59,922 bases of DNA from a virus (taxonomy: Duplodnaviria; Caudoviricetes), in the IMG/VR virus record IMGVR_UViG_3300032231_000003, positions 1 through 59,922 of that record. One strand, given 5' to 3'. The translations under genes and the position numbers were made by a program. The notes beneath the pieces were generated by a model, which searched no databases, was not told the DNA's origin, and worked only from the letters and a program-made list of their open reading frames with translations. Of this stretch, positions 27,980 to 37,234 are shown one piece after another (position 1 is the stretch's first letter; every line of letters starts with the position of its first letter).

Positions 27980-28037
27980 AATCGGGCGGTACATTCTACC
28001 GCCCGATTATTGCAACAACAACCGCGACAACAAGGAG
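27980..28037 (+). repeat. Intergenic hairpin + RBS element, copy 4
   Basis: AATCGGGCGGTA-cattc-TACCGCCCGATT-ATTGCAAC...AAGGAG. Confidence 0.85.
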
Positions 28038-28044
28038 TAATGGA

Positions 28045-28398
28045 ATGACAAAAGAAAAAACAAAACAGGAACTAAAAAGGATTTCAACAGTGTTTGACTT
28101 AGACACTGAGAAACTCACACATGCCGAACGTACTTTTATTTCCACAATAAGCTGGAATAACCTTTGTGAGTGGGATTACATCCTATTACGGCTCCTGTTT
28201 GAAACTAGGATTTCACATTTTCTACCTCTTATGGCAGAGAACAATTACGATTTTTTGTTTTTTTGTGTTGCCTTTCCTTTTCACAAAAAAATAAAAAATG
28301 TGACCAAAAATGTAATAAAAAACAGGATAAAAGAACATATTAAATCGAGGATTACAAGTGATGCGATTTTGAAAAGAATCGACATTGTTCTTTCCTAG
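28045..28398 (+). CDS. Hypothetical early protein (paralog of 29397..29783)
   Basis: RBS; shares an ER.F...S.N....W....L..L....I..FL pattern. Confidence 0.72.
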   Translation: MTKEKTKQELKRISTVFDLDTEKLTHAERTFISTISWNNLCEWDYILLRLLFETRISHFLPLMAENNYDFLFFCVAFPFHKKIKNVTKNVIKNRIKEHIKSRITSDAILKRIDIVLS

Positions 28399-28586
28399 TC
28401 CCAAAAAACAAGAAATTACAAATGTGACAATAAAAACATTGCGCGAGGTAGGCTGGATACTGGATTGTGGCCCTAATTACAGAGGCTACATCATAGAAGA
28501 AATATGCTGCAACAAAAGGATAGCACACAACACTATTTTGTTGCAAAAAGCGTGCCATAAAAAGAATTTTTTGGTTTTACACCATA

Positions 28587-28652
28587 CTCCGAAAAAAATT
28601 TTTTTTGAGCCAATAAAAGCCCTAAGAGGGGCAAAGAGTCCCAAAAAATTTT
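28587..28652 (+). repeat. ~66-bp dispersed direct repeat, copy 1
   Basis: CTCCG(A)n(T)8GAGCCAATAAAAGCCCTAAGAGGGGCAAAGAGTCCC(A)nTTTT; also at 31722-31788. Confidence 0.92.
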
Positions 28653-28849
28653 GTGTTCCTTAACTTCTGAAAAAATTTTAATTCCAAACAGAAATTTCTA
28701 AACTACAAAAGACACGAAAAATTAACAATAACTTATTTTTAGTTACAAAATCTTTATTCCCCCATCTTTTAATTTCGTGTGGGGGTAATGTTGAAATTTC
28801 TTAATTAGGGTAATAAAACACATGTCAAAAACAATTCTTTTTTTAGTGG

Positions 28850-29155
28850 ATGTCGTTACTACAAAAAAATTCCCTCATTGTAAAGGATTTTTACAAAAAA
28901 ACCAATTTTGAAAAAAACTGGAGAAAAGAATATTTTCCTGAAATAACAGAAACGCAAGATGTTTGGTGTTTTTCAGTTGAAGAAGGGACATTTAACGAAA
29001 TCATGTACATGTCCTCTCTCCAAGGACCACACGGAGTGAAAATTTTTCTTTTTCCTAAAAAAGGAACAAGTAAAAAAGAAATAAATAAAGCCAAAAAAAT
29101 AGCAAAAGAAGAACGGGATGTTGTTTCTTTTTGCACAACATACTTAACTGAATAA
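28850..29155 (+). CDS. Hypothetical protein
   Basis: 101-aa ORF in the operon direction. Confidence 0.55.
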   Translation: MSLLQKNSLIVKDFYKKTNFEKNWRKEYFPEITETQDVWCFSVEEGTFNEIMYMSSLQGPHGVKIFLFPKKGTSKKEINKAKKIAKEERDVVSFCTTYLTE

Positions 29156-29169
29156 AAAGGAATTAACAA

Positions 29170-29400
29170 ATGGATAAAGAAGTGCAAGCGGCATATAACA
29201 AACTTTTAAAAACCTATGGAAAAAAACAAGCAATCCCCTGTGATAGCGTGAGAAGATGTAGTATAGAATATAACCCTGTCTATAAAGAATATAGTGTTCT
29301 AGAAGTTATCACAAAAAAAGGGACAATGAAGTACCCTTTAAGACACCAACTCATACAAAAAAAGAATTTCTTTCAATTTGTCAAATATTATGCTCCTTGA
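29170..29400 (+). CDS. Hypothetical protein
   Basis: 76 aa; AAAGGA RBS. Confidence 0.65.
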   Translation: MDKEVQAAYNKLLKTYGKKQAIPCDSVRRCSIEYNPVYKEYSVLEVITKKGTMKYPLRHQLIQKKNFFQFVKYYAP

Positions 29401-29783
29401 CTAAGGATACTGAAATGAATTACAACACTTCAACAAAAAAAGAAAGAGAAAATTTAAATAACACTTTTAAACAACTTTCTCTTTCTTTTTCAGAAATTTC
29501 ACTAGAAGAAAGAAATTTCTTAATGAAACTTTCCTTAAATGAAATATCATATTGGGAAAAAGAAACACTATATATTTTGTTAAAATTGAAAATAACCCCC
29601 TTTTTGAAATATCTTTCAAAAGAAAAAAGTCCCAAAAAAATATTAGAAGAGATAAGCTACAAAAGAAAGTACTCATTTGATGAACCAAGGTTCATCAAAA
29701 TGTTAAAGAATTTATTTATAAAATCAAACATAAAGACAGAAGACCTTATGACAATGATCATAAAATCCAAACTTTATGATTAA
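29397..29783 (+). CDS. Hypothetical protein (paralog of 28045..28398)
   Basis: Coupled to the upstream gene; alternative ATG at 29415. Confidence 0.68.
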   Translation: MTKDTEMNYNTSTKKERENLNNTFKQLSLSFSEISLEERNFLMKLSLNEISYWEKETLYILLKLKITPFLKYLSKEKSPKKILEEISYKRKYSFDEPRFIKMLKNLFIKSNIKTEDLMTMIIKSKLYD

Positions 29784-29917
29784 ATTGAAGGGAGCTAATT
29801 AATGGAAGAAAAACCAAGAACTGAAATACACACTCTTTATGAACAGATCAAACATATAGGAAAATGTTTTTTGTTCATTTTTACCACCATCACAGTTATA
29901 ACTATTATTTGGTACCC

Positions 29918-30088
29918 ATGAATAGACTTGAAAAAGACCAAAAATCTGTCGTTCTGAGTGTTCGTTTTCCCGAAAAAACGTACGATTTCTTAAAAGAATT
30001 ATCCGATAAAAGAGGGGAAAGAATTTCAAGAACGATAAGGTTCTTGGTTGAACGTAATTTTATAAAAAAGAAAAATAATAATGCTTAG
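29918..30088 (+). CDS. Ribbon-helix-helix DNA-binding protein
   Basis: VVLSVRFPEKTYDFLKELSDKRGERISRTIRFLV matches the CopG/Arc pattern. Confidence 0.72.
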   Translation: MNRLEKDQKSVVLSVRFPEKTYDFLKELSDKRGERISRTIRFLVERNFIKKKNNNA

Positions 30089-31478
30089 CCTAAAGGATAT
30101 AATGTGTAAAGGGTTCTATTACACATTATATCCTTACCAAAAAAGAGGTGTGGCATTACTAGATAAGCACATCAATAAAAATGGAGGGGCACTCCTGAGT
30201 GATGATATGGGCTTGGGCAAAACAGCCCAAGTTCTTGCGTGGCTTAATCACTCAGGAAATATCAAAAAAACTGTTATTATCGTCGTTCCTTCCCATCTAA
30301 AGGAGACTTGGCGAATGGAACTTTTTAAAACCACTAAAAGAAAGGGATTTGTTTTAGAGGGACAAACCCCATACAAACTTGAAAAAAACAAAATCTACAT
30401 AATTAACTATGAGATTTTTTCTTTCTGGTTCATGGAACTGGAAAGATTAAAAGCAAAAGTTCTAATTTGGGACGAATGCCACTATGTTTCAAATGAAAAA
30501 GCTCAAAGAACAGGGATATTAAAGCTCTTAGCAGAAAAAATCCCTTGTAAGATAGCCTTAAGTGGGACTCCGTTTAAAAACAGTCCCATGGAACTCTTTA
30601 CCACTCTAAACATCATATGCCCAAAAATGTTTTATAATAAATACAGTTTTGGGCATACTTATTGTTACGCAGAAAAAAATAAGTTTGGCCTAACTTTCAA
30701 AGGAGCAAAAAACTCCAAAAAACTACATAAAATTTTAAAAACAAATCTTATGATTAGACGAAAAAAAGAAAAGGTTTTAAAAGAGCTTCCATTAAAAACA
30801 AGAATTATCGTTTCTGTTCCGTTGAAAAACAGAAAAAGATATGAAAAAGCTGAATCTGATTTTATCAATTGGCTAAGGGAAGAAGAAGGAACGTTAGCCG
30901 CTTCCCGTGCAAAAAAAGCCTTAAGTTTGGTCAAAATAACCAAACTAAAAAAATTGATAATAGAGGAAAAAATGGAAGCCATTATTAATTGGGTGTCTGA
31001 CTTTCTGCATAATACAGACAAAAAACTTGTAATTTTTGCAGAAAACACCTTTGCTTTAGACGCACTGCACAAAAAATTTTCCAAAACTTCCATCGTATAT
31101 GATGGAAAAACAAAGAAAGAGAACAAAAAACAAGCCCCCACTATTTTTGAACAAAACAAAAATATTCGTTTATTTTTAGGCAATCTTAGAAGCTGTTCTA
31201 CTGGCCTAACTCTGACAAAAGCATCAGACACACTAACAATTCAATTGGGTTGGAACTCTGTTATACATGATCAAGCAGAAGATCGTGTACACAGAATAGG
31301 ACAAAAAGAAAAAGTTTTTTCTTACTATTGTGTAGGCACAAACACAATAGAAACTAAACTTTTAAAATTGATCGAACAAAAAAGAAACGACACATCAAAA
31401 ATAATGGACGGAAAAAAAGTAAAAGAAAAAGAAAATCTCCTAAATTTATTTCTTAAGGAAATGTTAAAAGATGTTTGA
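30081..31478 (+). CDS. SNF2-family helicase
   Basis: DDMGLGKT, DECH, SGTP, QAEDRVHRIGQ motifs. Confidence 0.93.
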   Translation: MLSLKDIMCKGFYYTLYPYQKRGVALLDKHINKNGGALLSDDMGLGKTAQVLAWLNHSGNIKKTVIIVVPSHLKETWRMELFKTTKRKGFVLEGQTPYKLEKNKIYIINYEIFSFWFMELERLKAKVLIWDECHYVSNEKAQRTGILKLLAEKIPCKIALSGTPFKNSPMELFTTLNIICPKMFYNKYSFGHTYCYAEKNKFGLTFKGAKNSKKLHKILKTNLMIRRKKEKVLKELPLKTRIIVSVPLKNRKRYEKAESDFINWLREEEGTLAASRAKKALSLVKITKLKKLIIEEKMEAIINWVSDFLHNTDKKLVIFAENTFALDALHKKFSKTSIVYDGKTKKENKKQAPTIFEQNKNIRLFLGNLRSCSTGLTLTKASDTLTIQLGWNSVIHDQAEDRVHRIGQKEKVFSYYCVGTNTIETKLLKLIEQKRNDTSKIMDGKKVKEKENLLNLFLKEMLKDV

Positions 31479-32379
31479 CGTTTTTTCTTTCTTATCCGAA
31501 TTCTCTATTCAACACATTAACACGGGAAAAAATGTTAGCTCTGGATGGATAGGCATAAACTGTCCTTTTTGTTCTGACTCAGGCTTTCACGGAGGCTTTA
31601 ATGTTAGAACGGGAGGGTTTAATTGCTGGAAGTGTGGACATCATAGCTTAATTGAGGTCATTTCTCAATTAACATTTTCTAACAACCCCTATGAAATAAT
31701 AAAAAAACATCAAAGTGGAGTCTCCGAAAAAAAAATTTTTTTTGAGCCAATAAAAGCCCTAAGAGGGGCAAAGAGTCCCAAAAATTTTAGTAGCAAACTT
31801 TCTTTGCCTCCTGAATCGGAAAATCTTCTTTCCAGACATAAAAGTTATTTGGAAAAAAGAAATTTCGATCCGGAAAAATTGGAAAGATTTTGGAAATTAA
31901 AAGGCACAAGAAATTTAGGAGCTTATAAGTTCAGGATAATAGCTCCCATTTTTTATAAAGAGCAGCTTGTATCATATCAAGGAAGGGATATCACAGAAAA
32001 ATCCCCTTTAAGGTATAAGGCTTGTAAAAAAATTAATGAACTGGTACCACACAAGCACGTGCTGTATGGTTTTGATCACATAATAAGAAATACAGTAATT
32101 GTTGTGGAGGGCATAACAGACGTTTGGCGACTAGGATATGGTGCCGTTGCCACTTTCGGCACGTCCTTTACACTAAAACAAGTAAAACTGTTAAAAGAAT
32201 TCAAACGAGTTCAGGTTTTATTTGATTCTGGAAAAGAGGCTCAGATCAAAGCAAAAAAATTAGTGTCATTGCTTTCTCCTTTTACAGAGGTAAATCTTTT
32301 TGAAATGGAAAAGGGCGATCCTGGCTCTCTTTCTGAAAAAGAAAGTATGTATGTCAAAAAACAGCTTTTGAAACGTTAG
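31471..32379 (+). CDS. DNA primase (Zn-binding + TOPRIM)
   Basis: CPFC..CWKC, VVEGITD, LFDS, GDPG motifs. Confidence 0.88.
   Translation: MFDVFSFLSEFSIQHINTGKNVSSGWIGINCPFCSDSGFHGGFNVRTGGFNCWKCGHHSLIEVISQLTFSNNPYEIIKKHQSGVSEKKIFFEPIKALRGAKSPKNFSSKLSLPPESENLLSRHKSYLEKRNFDPEKLERFWKLKGTRNLGAYKFRIIAPIFYKEQLVSYQGRDITEKSPLRYKACKKINELVPHKHVLYGFDHIIRNTVIVVEGITDVWRLGYGAVATFGTSFTLKQVKLLKEFKRVQVLFDSGKEAQIKAKKLVSLLSPFTEVNLFEMEKGDPGSLSEKESMYVKKQLLKR
31722..31788 (+). repeat. ~66-bp dispersed direct repeat, copy 2 (in the primase linker)
   Basis: Core identical to 28587-28652; only the A-run lengths differ. Confidence 0.92.
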
Positions 32380-32525
32380 AAAAGAAAAATCATAAAAAAA
32401 GCTTTCTCTCCCCCTATAGGAATAGTATTGACTCTTCCGTGAAGGGATTTATTACAAAAGAAAAACACAAAGGAATACAAGACTGAGTGTTTTACTGTTA
32501 TTTTAAAAGTCAGGGCGGACAAACG

Positions 32526-33701
32526 ATGAAAAACAAACTACAAAGTTTATTAAATATTAGTCAGGAAATTTCTGTAAAAAAAATTCTGATGGTAAAACTA
32601 GGAATTTCTCCCGCATTTGTTTTGACAGATATTTTGAAAAAAGCTAAAAACAAAAAAATGGTCAAATTTAATTTCAATTCATGGCATCCAATCCCAATCG
32701 AAAATGAAATAAATTTTTTGTGTGAGGCAGGAATTATCAAAAAAATTAAAAAAACAAAAAAAGACGGGGTAAATGAAAAAAATTTCTGGATAAAAATACA
32801 ATATAAAAAATTATCCGAAATTTTTTTAGAAAAAAACCCCCCCATACCCCCCTTTATTTCAGATTATAGTGGTGGGGACACACTATATACTATAAATAGT
32901 ATAGTGTCCCCCCACCTATTTAATAATATAAATGATAAAGTAATAAATGCTAATAATACACTTCTGAATAAAAAAAGAATTCCTGTCTTATTAAAAAACA
33001 AAAACAATAAAAAAAACATTTCTGTCAAAAAATCAAAATATCTAGAAATTTGGAATAAATTTCCAAATGTGCCCAAACATAAAAAACCTGAAACAAAAAT
33101 TTATAAAAAAGCAAACGTAAATATCATACTGCTCAAAAAAGGATTATTCTCAAAAAATAAAGTTTTTTCTGAATCACTTAAAAAAGTTACGGGCAAAAAA
33201 GTTTTTACTAAGAAATGGAAAGATACAGAAATAATTAAGGTTTTTGATTCTCTGAATAAATTATACACAGAAGGCTATTGGCCAAGAAATAAAAAACACC
33301 TACCTAAAAACTTACCTGATTTATTGTACAACCCAATGTCAGGTTTTAGTTGTTTTTTTTATTATTACATAAATCCTCCTGAACTATTACAAAGTAAAGT
33401 AACCTCACCTTTTCCTGAAATTACAGAAATATTCTGTAATTTAATTACAAATAAAAGTGAAATAAAAGTAAAAAAACTAGTAATCAATTTGAATGAAATA
33501 AAAACTTTTTACGAGGAAATAATTACAAATGAAAAAGTTTTGTACTTTTTCCCTTCGTTTTACTTGTTTTGCAAAGAATTTTCTGTTTTTTTGAAACAAG
33601 ATTGGATTAAAAATATCAATGAGTTAACAATAAAGAAGGGTTCCCCTTTATGGAATATTTTTATTAAGAAATTACAAGAAGAAAAAAACCTAATTTTTTG
33701 A
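32526..33701 (+). CDS. Putative replication initiator/origin-binding protein
   Basis: Lys-rich; lies between primase and helicase; low-complexity linker containing a palindrome and an AT-rich tract. Confidence 0.5.
   Translation: MKNKLQSLLNISQEISVKKILMVKLGISPAFVLTDILKKAKNKKMVKFNFNSWHPIPIENEINFLCEAGIIKKIKKTKKDGVNEKNFWIKIQYKKLSEIFLEKNPPIPPFISDYSGGDTLYTINSIVSPHLFNNINDKVINANNTLLNKKRIPVLLKNKNNKKNISVKKSKYLEIWNKFPNVPKHKKPETKIYKKANVNIILLKKGLFSKNKVFSESLKKVTGKKVFTKKWKDTEIIKVFDSLNKLYTEGYWPRNKKHLPKNLPDLLYNPMSGFSCFFYYYINPPELLQSKVTSPFPEITEIFCNLITNKSEIKVKKLVINLNEIKTFYEEIITNEKVLYFFPSFYLFCKEFSVFLKQDWIKNINELTIKKGSPLWNIFIKKLQEEKNLIF
32871..32916. other. Long imperfect palindrome, candidate replication origin element
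   Basis: GGTGGGGACACACTATATACTAT-AA-ATAGTATAGTGTCCCCCCACC followed by AATAA-rich DNA. Confidence 0.5.
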
Positions 33702-33796
33702 AATTTTTTCTTGCTTTTTGTTTATTTTTTAATATAATTATTTATAAAGAAATTTCAAAAAATAATTTTATCGTTGATTGGGTAGAAAGGGTTACA

Positions 33797-35332
33797 TTGA
33801 AAATAAAAAAAGTTGAAATAAAAAAGAACAAATTAGAGGAAACTATCATTTATCAACTGATAAATAATGATAGTTTTCTAAAAGAATGTGTGGCTTTTAT
33901 TGACCCTAGTTTTTACACAAACGTTTATTTGAAAAAAATAATAGAACAGATAAGAATGTATTGGGATAAATACAAAAAAGCTCCAAAAAAAGATATTTTT
34001 GATCTTTTTAAGGATTACTCCGAATATTTAGAGGAGGATGAAAAAGATTTAATCTTGTGTTATTTACACAAAATTACAAAAAAGAAAAAAGTAGTAAATA
34101 ACAAGTATCTAGTGGATAAAGCCACAACATACTTTAAAGAAAAAAGGATAGAACTGTTAAAAGAAAGGATGGAAAATGCTTCCGCTGAACAGGCAGAAGC
34201 CCTAATAAGTGGTTATAGAAAAATAACCAAAGATTCAATGGAAGTTATTTCTTTGTTTGATGAAAAAAGAGTAAGAAGTGCTTTTGAAAAAAAGGATGAG
34301 GAAAATTCATTTACTTTGACAGGGGATGTTGGACGTTTAATTGGTCCTATGTCAAAAGGTGAGGTTTACGCTTTTATGGGGAGACAAAAGAGTGGTAAAT
34401 CATGGTTTTTTTTAGAACTGGCTGTAGGTTTAGTTTTACAAAAATTTAACACATTATTTATAAGTTTTGAAATGGATGAGGAAAAGACCCTGTTGAGGCT
34501 GGCCTCTTTTCTAAAAGGAAGACCAGTTAAAAAAGTAGAAGATGAGAAAAAACACACAAACATAATGCTCCCTGTGTTTGACTGTTTATTAAACCAGACA
34601 AATACATGTACCAGACAGGAAAGAACGTGTAACGTAGGACTATTTAATGAAAAAGGACAGCAATATTCTTTTGGCTATCACCCAAAAGAATATGTTACAT
34701 GCACAGCGTGTAAAGACACTGTTTTCTTCAAACCGTCTTCATGGTTTATTCTGAAAAGAAAAAAATATCTGATGAAAGATGAAGCAATCAAATATTTCAA
34801 AAAGTTTAAAAATCATTATGGAAGAGGCCGTTTAGATTTTAAACAGTTCTCTTCTTTTACGACAATGGAACAAGTGAAAACTTTTCTTTCCAACGTGAGG
34901 TATTATCACGACATCAGCTATGATGCCATTTTAATTGATTATGGAAATAAAATGGCAGGGGATAAGAAATTACCGATGCCTTACCAAAAAAGAGAGATTT
35001 GGGAAGGTTGTAAAAGTCTAGCAGAAAAACAAGGAGTTATTGTAATAAACGCTTCTCAAGTATCCCCCACAAAAAAAGAAGGAGATGTTTCAGGAAAAGA
35101 TTGGGCTGACTCTTCCGCAGCACAAGATATCTGCTCAACCGCTTGGTGTTTGAATCAAACGGTTGACGAGAAGGAAATGAGGCGCATGAGGTTACGTGTC
35201 ATAGCCAAAAGACACGGAGTTTTTAATGAATCGGATGAAGCCCTTGTGCTTCAAGAATTCAGCATAGGAAGGGCGTTGCTTAATTCATACGTTCCTTCTT
35301 TTCATAGAAATAAAAAAAGAAAAGGAGAGTGA
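33797..35332 (+). CDS. DnaB-like replicative helicase
   Basis: Walker A GRQKSGKS, ISFEM, LIDY, ASQ, KRHG; TTG 33797 with AGAAAGGG RBS preferred as start. Confidence 0.85.
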   Translation: MKIKKVEIKKNKLEETIIYQLINNDSFLKECVAFIDPSFYTNVYLKKIIEQIRMYWDKYKKAPKKDIFDLFKDYSEYLEEDEKDLILCYLHKITKKKKVVNNKYLVDKATTYFKEKRIELLKERMENASAEQAEALISGYRKITKDSMEVISLFDEKRVRSAFEKKDEENSFTLTGDVGRLIGPMSKGEVYAFMGRQKSGKSWFFLELAVGLVLQKFNTLFISFEMDEEKTLLRLASFLKGRPVKKVEDEKKHTNIMLPVFDCLLNQTNTCTRQERTCNVGLFNEKGQQYSFGYHPKEYVTCTACKDTVFFKPSSWFILKRKKYLMKDEAIKYFKKFKNHYGRGRLDFKQFSSFTTMEQVKTFLSNVRYYHDISYDAILIDYGNKMAGDKKLPMPYQKREIWEGCKSLAEKQGVIVINASQVSPTKKEGDVSGKDWADSSAAQDICSTAWCLNQTVDEKEMRRMRLRVIAKRHGVFNESDEALVLQEFSIGRALLNSYVPSFHRNKKRKGE

Positions 35333-35335
35333 TAA

Positions 35336-35929
35336 ATGAGGGCAAATCTACTTGGAGTCAAACTTACAGACGAAGGTTGTTTTTCATATAATTTAGTAAT
35401 TTCAGAATCTGAAAAGCAAGCGGAGTTTTGTGAAAAAACAAAGGAAGAGGTTTTAATAAAGATAAAAGAGAGCGGAGTACAAACAGTAACCGTTGAATGT
35501 GATTTTTTCACATCAGAAGTAACGGAATTTATCACTTGTTTAGTGAGACACCATAAAGTAATCTTAATAACAGTGGGAGAACTTCCCGAATATGTTAAGG
35601 TGCTCTTAAAGTATAATCACAAAAACATTAGAATAATAACGGTTGTTTGCTATCCTAAGAACAACACCCAGATAGAATTACTAAGAGAAAGGGATTCTAT
35701 CCATTTGTATGTAACAGAATACGAAGAAAAAATCATGTTTCGTGGAATTTCAGACCAAATAAGAAGAATAAGAGAGCAGAACGAAAACGTCACAATTGCT
35801 TTTTTGAGTGATCTTTTAATAAAAGGTTCTTTTTCTCCTTTTTTAGAAGAATTGTTGAGAAAAGAAAAATTAAAAAATGTAAAGTGTTTTTATATGAATA
35901 TGTTGCCAAAAAATTTCATGAAATTTTAA
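35336..35929 (+). CDS. Hypothetical protein
   Basis: 197 aa; AAGGAG RBS. Confidence 0.7.
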   Translation: MRANLLGVKLTDEGCFSYNLVISESEKQAEFCEKTKEEVLIKIKESGVQTVTVECDFFTSEVTEFITCLVRHHKVILITVGELPEYVKVLLKYNHKNIRIITVVCYPKNNTQIELLRERDSIHLYVTEYEEKIMFRGISDQIRRIREQNENVTIAFLSDLLIKGSFSPFLEELLRKEKLKNVKCFYMNMLPKNFMKF

Positions 35930-36144
35930 TGAAATGAAATGAAATGACTAGTAAAAGAAAAATTATCAAAAAATATTCGATTTTTTACATATGTGTTTCT
36001 TCCCTTTTTGTAATTTTTCTGTATAATAAAACAAAGGGGCTTTCACAAACAAATTTGGGAGTGTTTTTAAAGGAGGAATTATATGTAATAAAAGATAAAG
36101 TGTGTTTTTTTTGAAATATGTAAAAAAATAAAGAAAGGAAAGAA

Positions 36145-36930
36145 ATGGCAACAAAGTCAAATAAGAGGGAACTAAGTTCCCTAGCGAAAGAACTTAACGA
36201 AAACTTTGACCTTGAAGAGGACATTGATCTAAAGTCGGATGATCTAACTGAAGACGTGGAAAACGTCTTGGAGCTTTTGGGAAAAGACGATATAGAAGAA
36301 TTGTCCGAAAAAGGAAAGAAGGTTCTCGAAAAGCATTTTTCTCACATTGTCTTTGAAAGTGACAGTGAAGAGGATGAGAACGATGACGAAGAAGAGAGTG
36401 AAGAAGGTGCGTCAGAAGAAGAAACAGAGGATGATGAAGAGAGCGACAGTGAAGAGGAAGAAAACAATGACGACGAAGAGAGTGAGGAAGATGACGGGGA
36501 TGATGAAGTAGAAGAAGATAATGGAGATGATGAAGATGAAGAAGTGGCCGAGAAAGTCACTTTAGAAGAAGTGGTTTTGGAGTTTATTGAGAAGGTAGAA
36601 AGACTTCTACCAAGAAAAAATACAAAAAAGAAAGAGAAAAAAGAAAAAATAAAGTACCCCAAAGTGGGGGACTCCATTGAGAAAATAATGAGAGAGTTTG
36701 CAGTAGGAGAAGAGAACTCCTTAGTCGTTGATGAGATTTTGGACCGTCTCACAAAAATCCGTCCAGACAAGAAAAGAAAAAGCATGAAGGGTACCATCCG
36801 CGTACACCTTCAAGGCAAGTTGGAAAAAGAAAGAAACATCCCCATTAGAAAAGGGGAGAATGGTTTTTATATAGAAGTAGAAGAAGTAAAAAAGAAGGGA
36901 AAAAATACAAAAAAGAAGAAGAAAAAATAA
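36145..36930 (+). CDS. Protein with a long Asp/Glu tract and basic, possibly winged-helix, C-terminus
   Basis: ~65-aa D/E/S tract; GAAAGGA RBS. Confidence 0.8.
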   Translation: MATKSNKRELSSLAKELNENFDLEEDIDLKSDDLTEDVENVLELLGKDDIEELSEKGKKVLEKHFSHIVFESDSEEDENDDEEESEEGASEEETEDDEESDSEEEENNDDEESEEDDGDDEVEEDNGDDEDEEVAEKVTLEEVVLEFIEKVERLLPRKNTKKKEKKEKIKYPKVGDSIEKIMREFAVGEENSLVVDEILDRLTKIRPDKKRKSMKGTIRVHLQGKLEKERNIPIRKGENGFYIEVEEVKKKGKNTKKKKKK

Positions 36931-36948
36931 AAAGTTTCTTAAAAAATA

Positions 36949-36971
36949 GAGGGGGATGAAAACTCCCCCTC
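36949..36971 (+). terminator. Stem-loop after the acidic protein gene
   Basis: GAGGGGGA-TGAAAAC-TCCCCCTC; weak U tail. Confidence 0.5.
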
Positions 36972-37015
36972 ATCTTACATCTTCCAACCCTCCAAAAAAA
37001 CAGGAGTATATTACA

Positions 37016-37234
37016 ATGCTCTGTTCATGCAAAATACAGAAAGAATTTACGTTAAAGATAAAAAACGTGTCTTTAAACAGGGAACAGGTCATTGAGCTGT
37101 GTGACATTCTCATAATGCTGCAATCTTCCTGGTATCAGAAAGAGAATGGCTCTCCAACTGAATTAGAACTGGTTGACTTAAACAGTGAAGATTCCTTCAC
37201 ATACCACATAAAACACCAAAATGACGAACAATAG
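37016..37234 (+). CDS. Hypothetical protein
   Basis: ATG 37016 after a CAGGAG RBS. Confidence 0.6.
   Translation: MLCSCKIQKEFTLKIKNVSLNREQVIELCDILIMLQSSWYQKENGSPTELELVDLNSEDSFTYHIKHQNDEQ

Noticed and set aside
26533-28037. Hairpin repeats as CRISPR repeats, attC sites or intrinsic terminators
   Set aside because: They are separated by whole genes, lack RYYYAAC/GTTRRRY ends, have no integrase or cas gene nearby, and have no U-tract after the stems
28385-28663. 92-aa ORF sharing a peptide with the primase
   Set aside because: The shared peptide is just the 66-bp DNA repeat, and the start is a weak TTG without an RBS. Not called as a gene.
35336-35929. Faint resemblance to QueE/NrdG radical-SAM proteins
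   Set aside because: No CxxxCxxC motif and no other 7-deazaguanine pathway genes. Left as hypothetical.
36342-36797. Ser-rich antisense ORF, and the many other antisense ORFs in the track
   Set aside because: Shadows of biased codon usage on the coding strand, with no RBS or motifs
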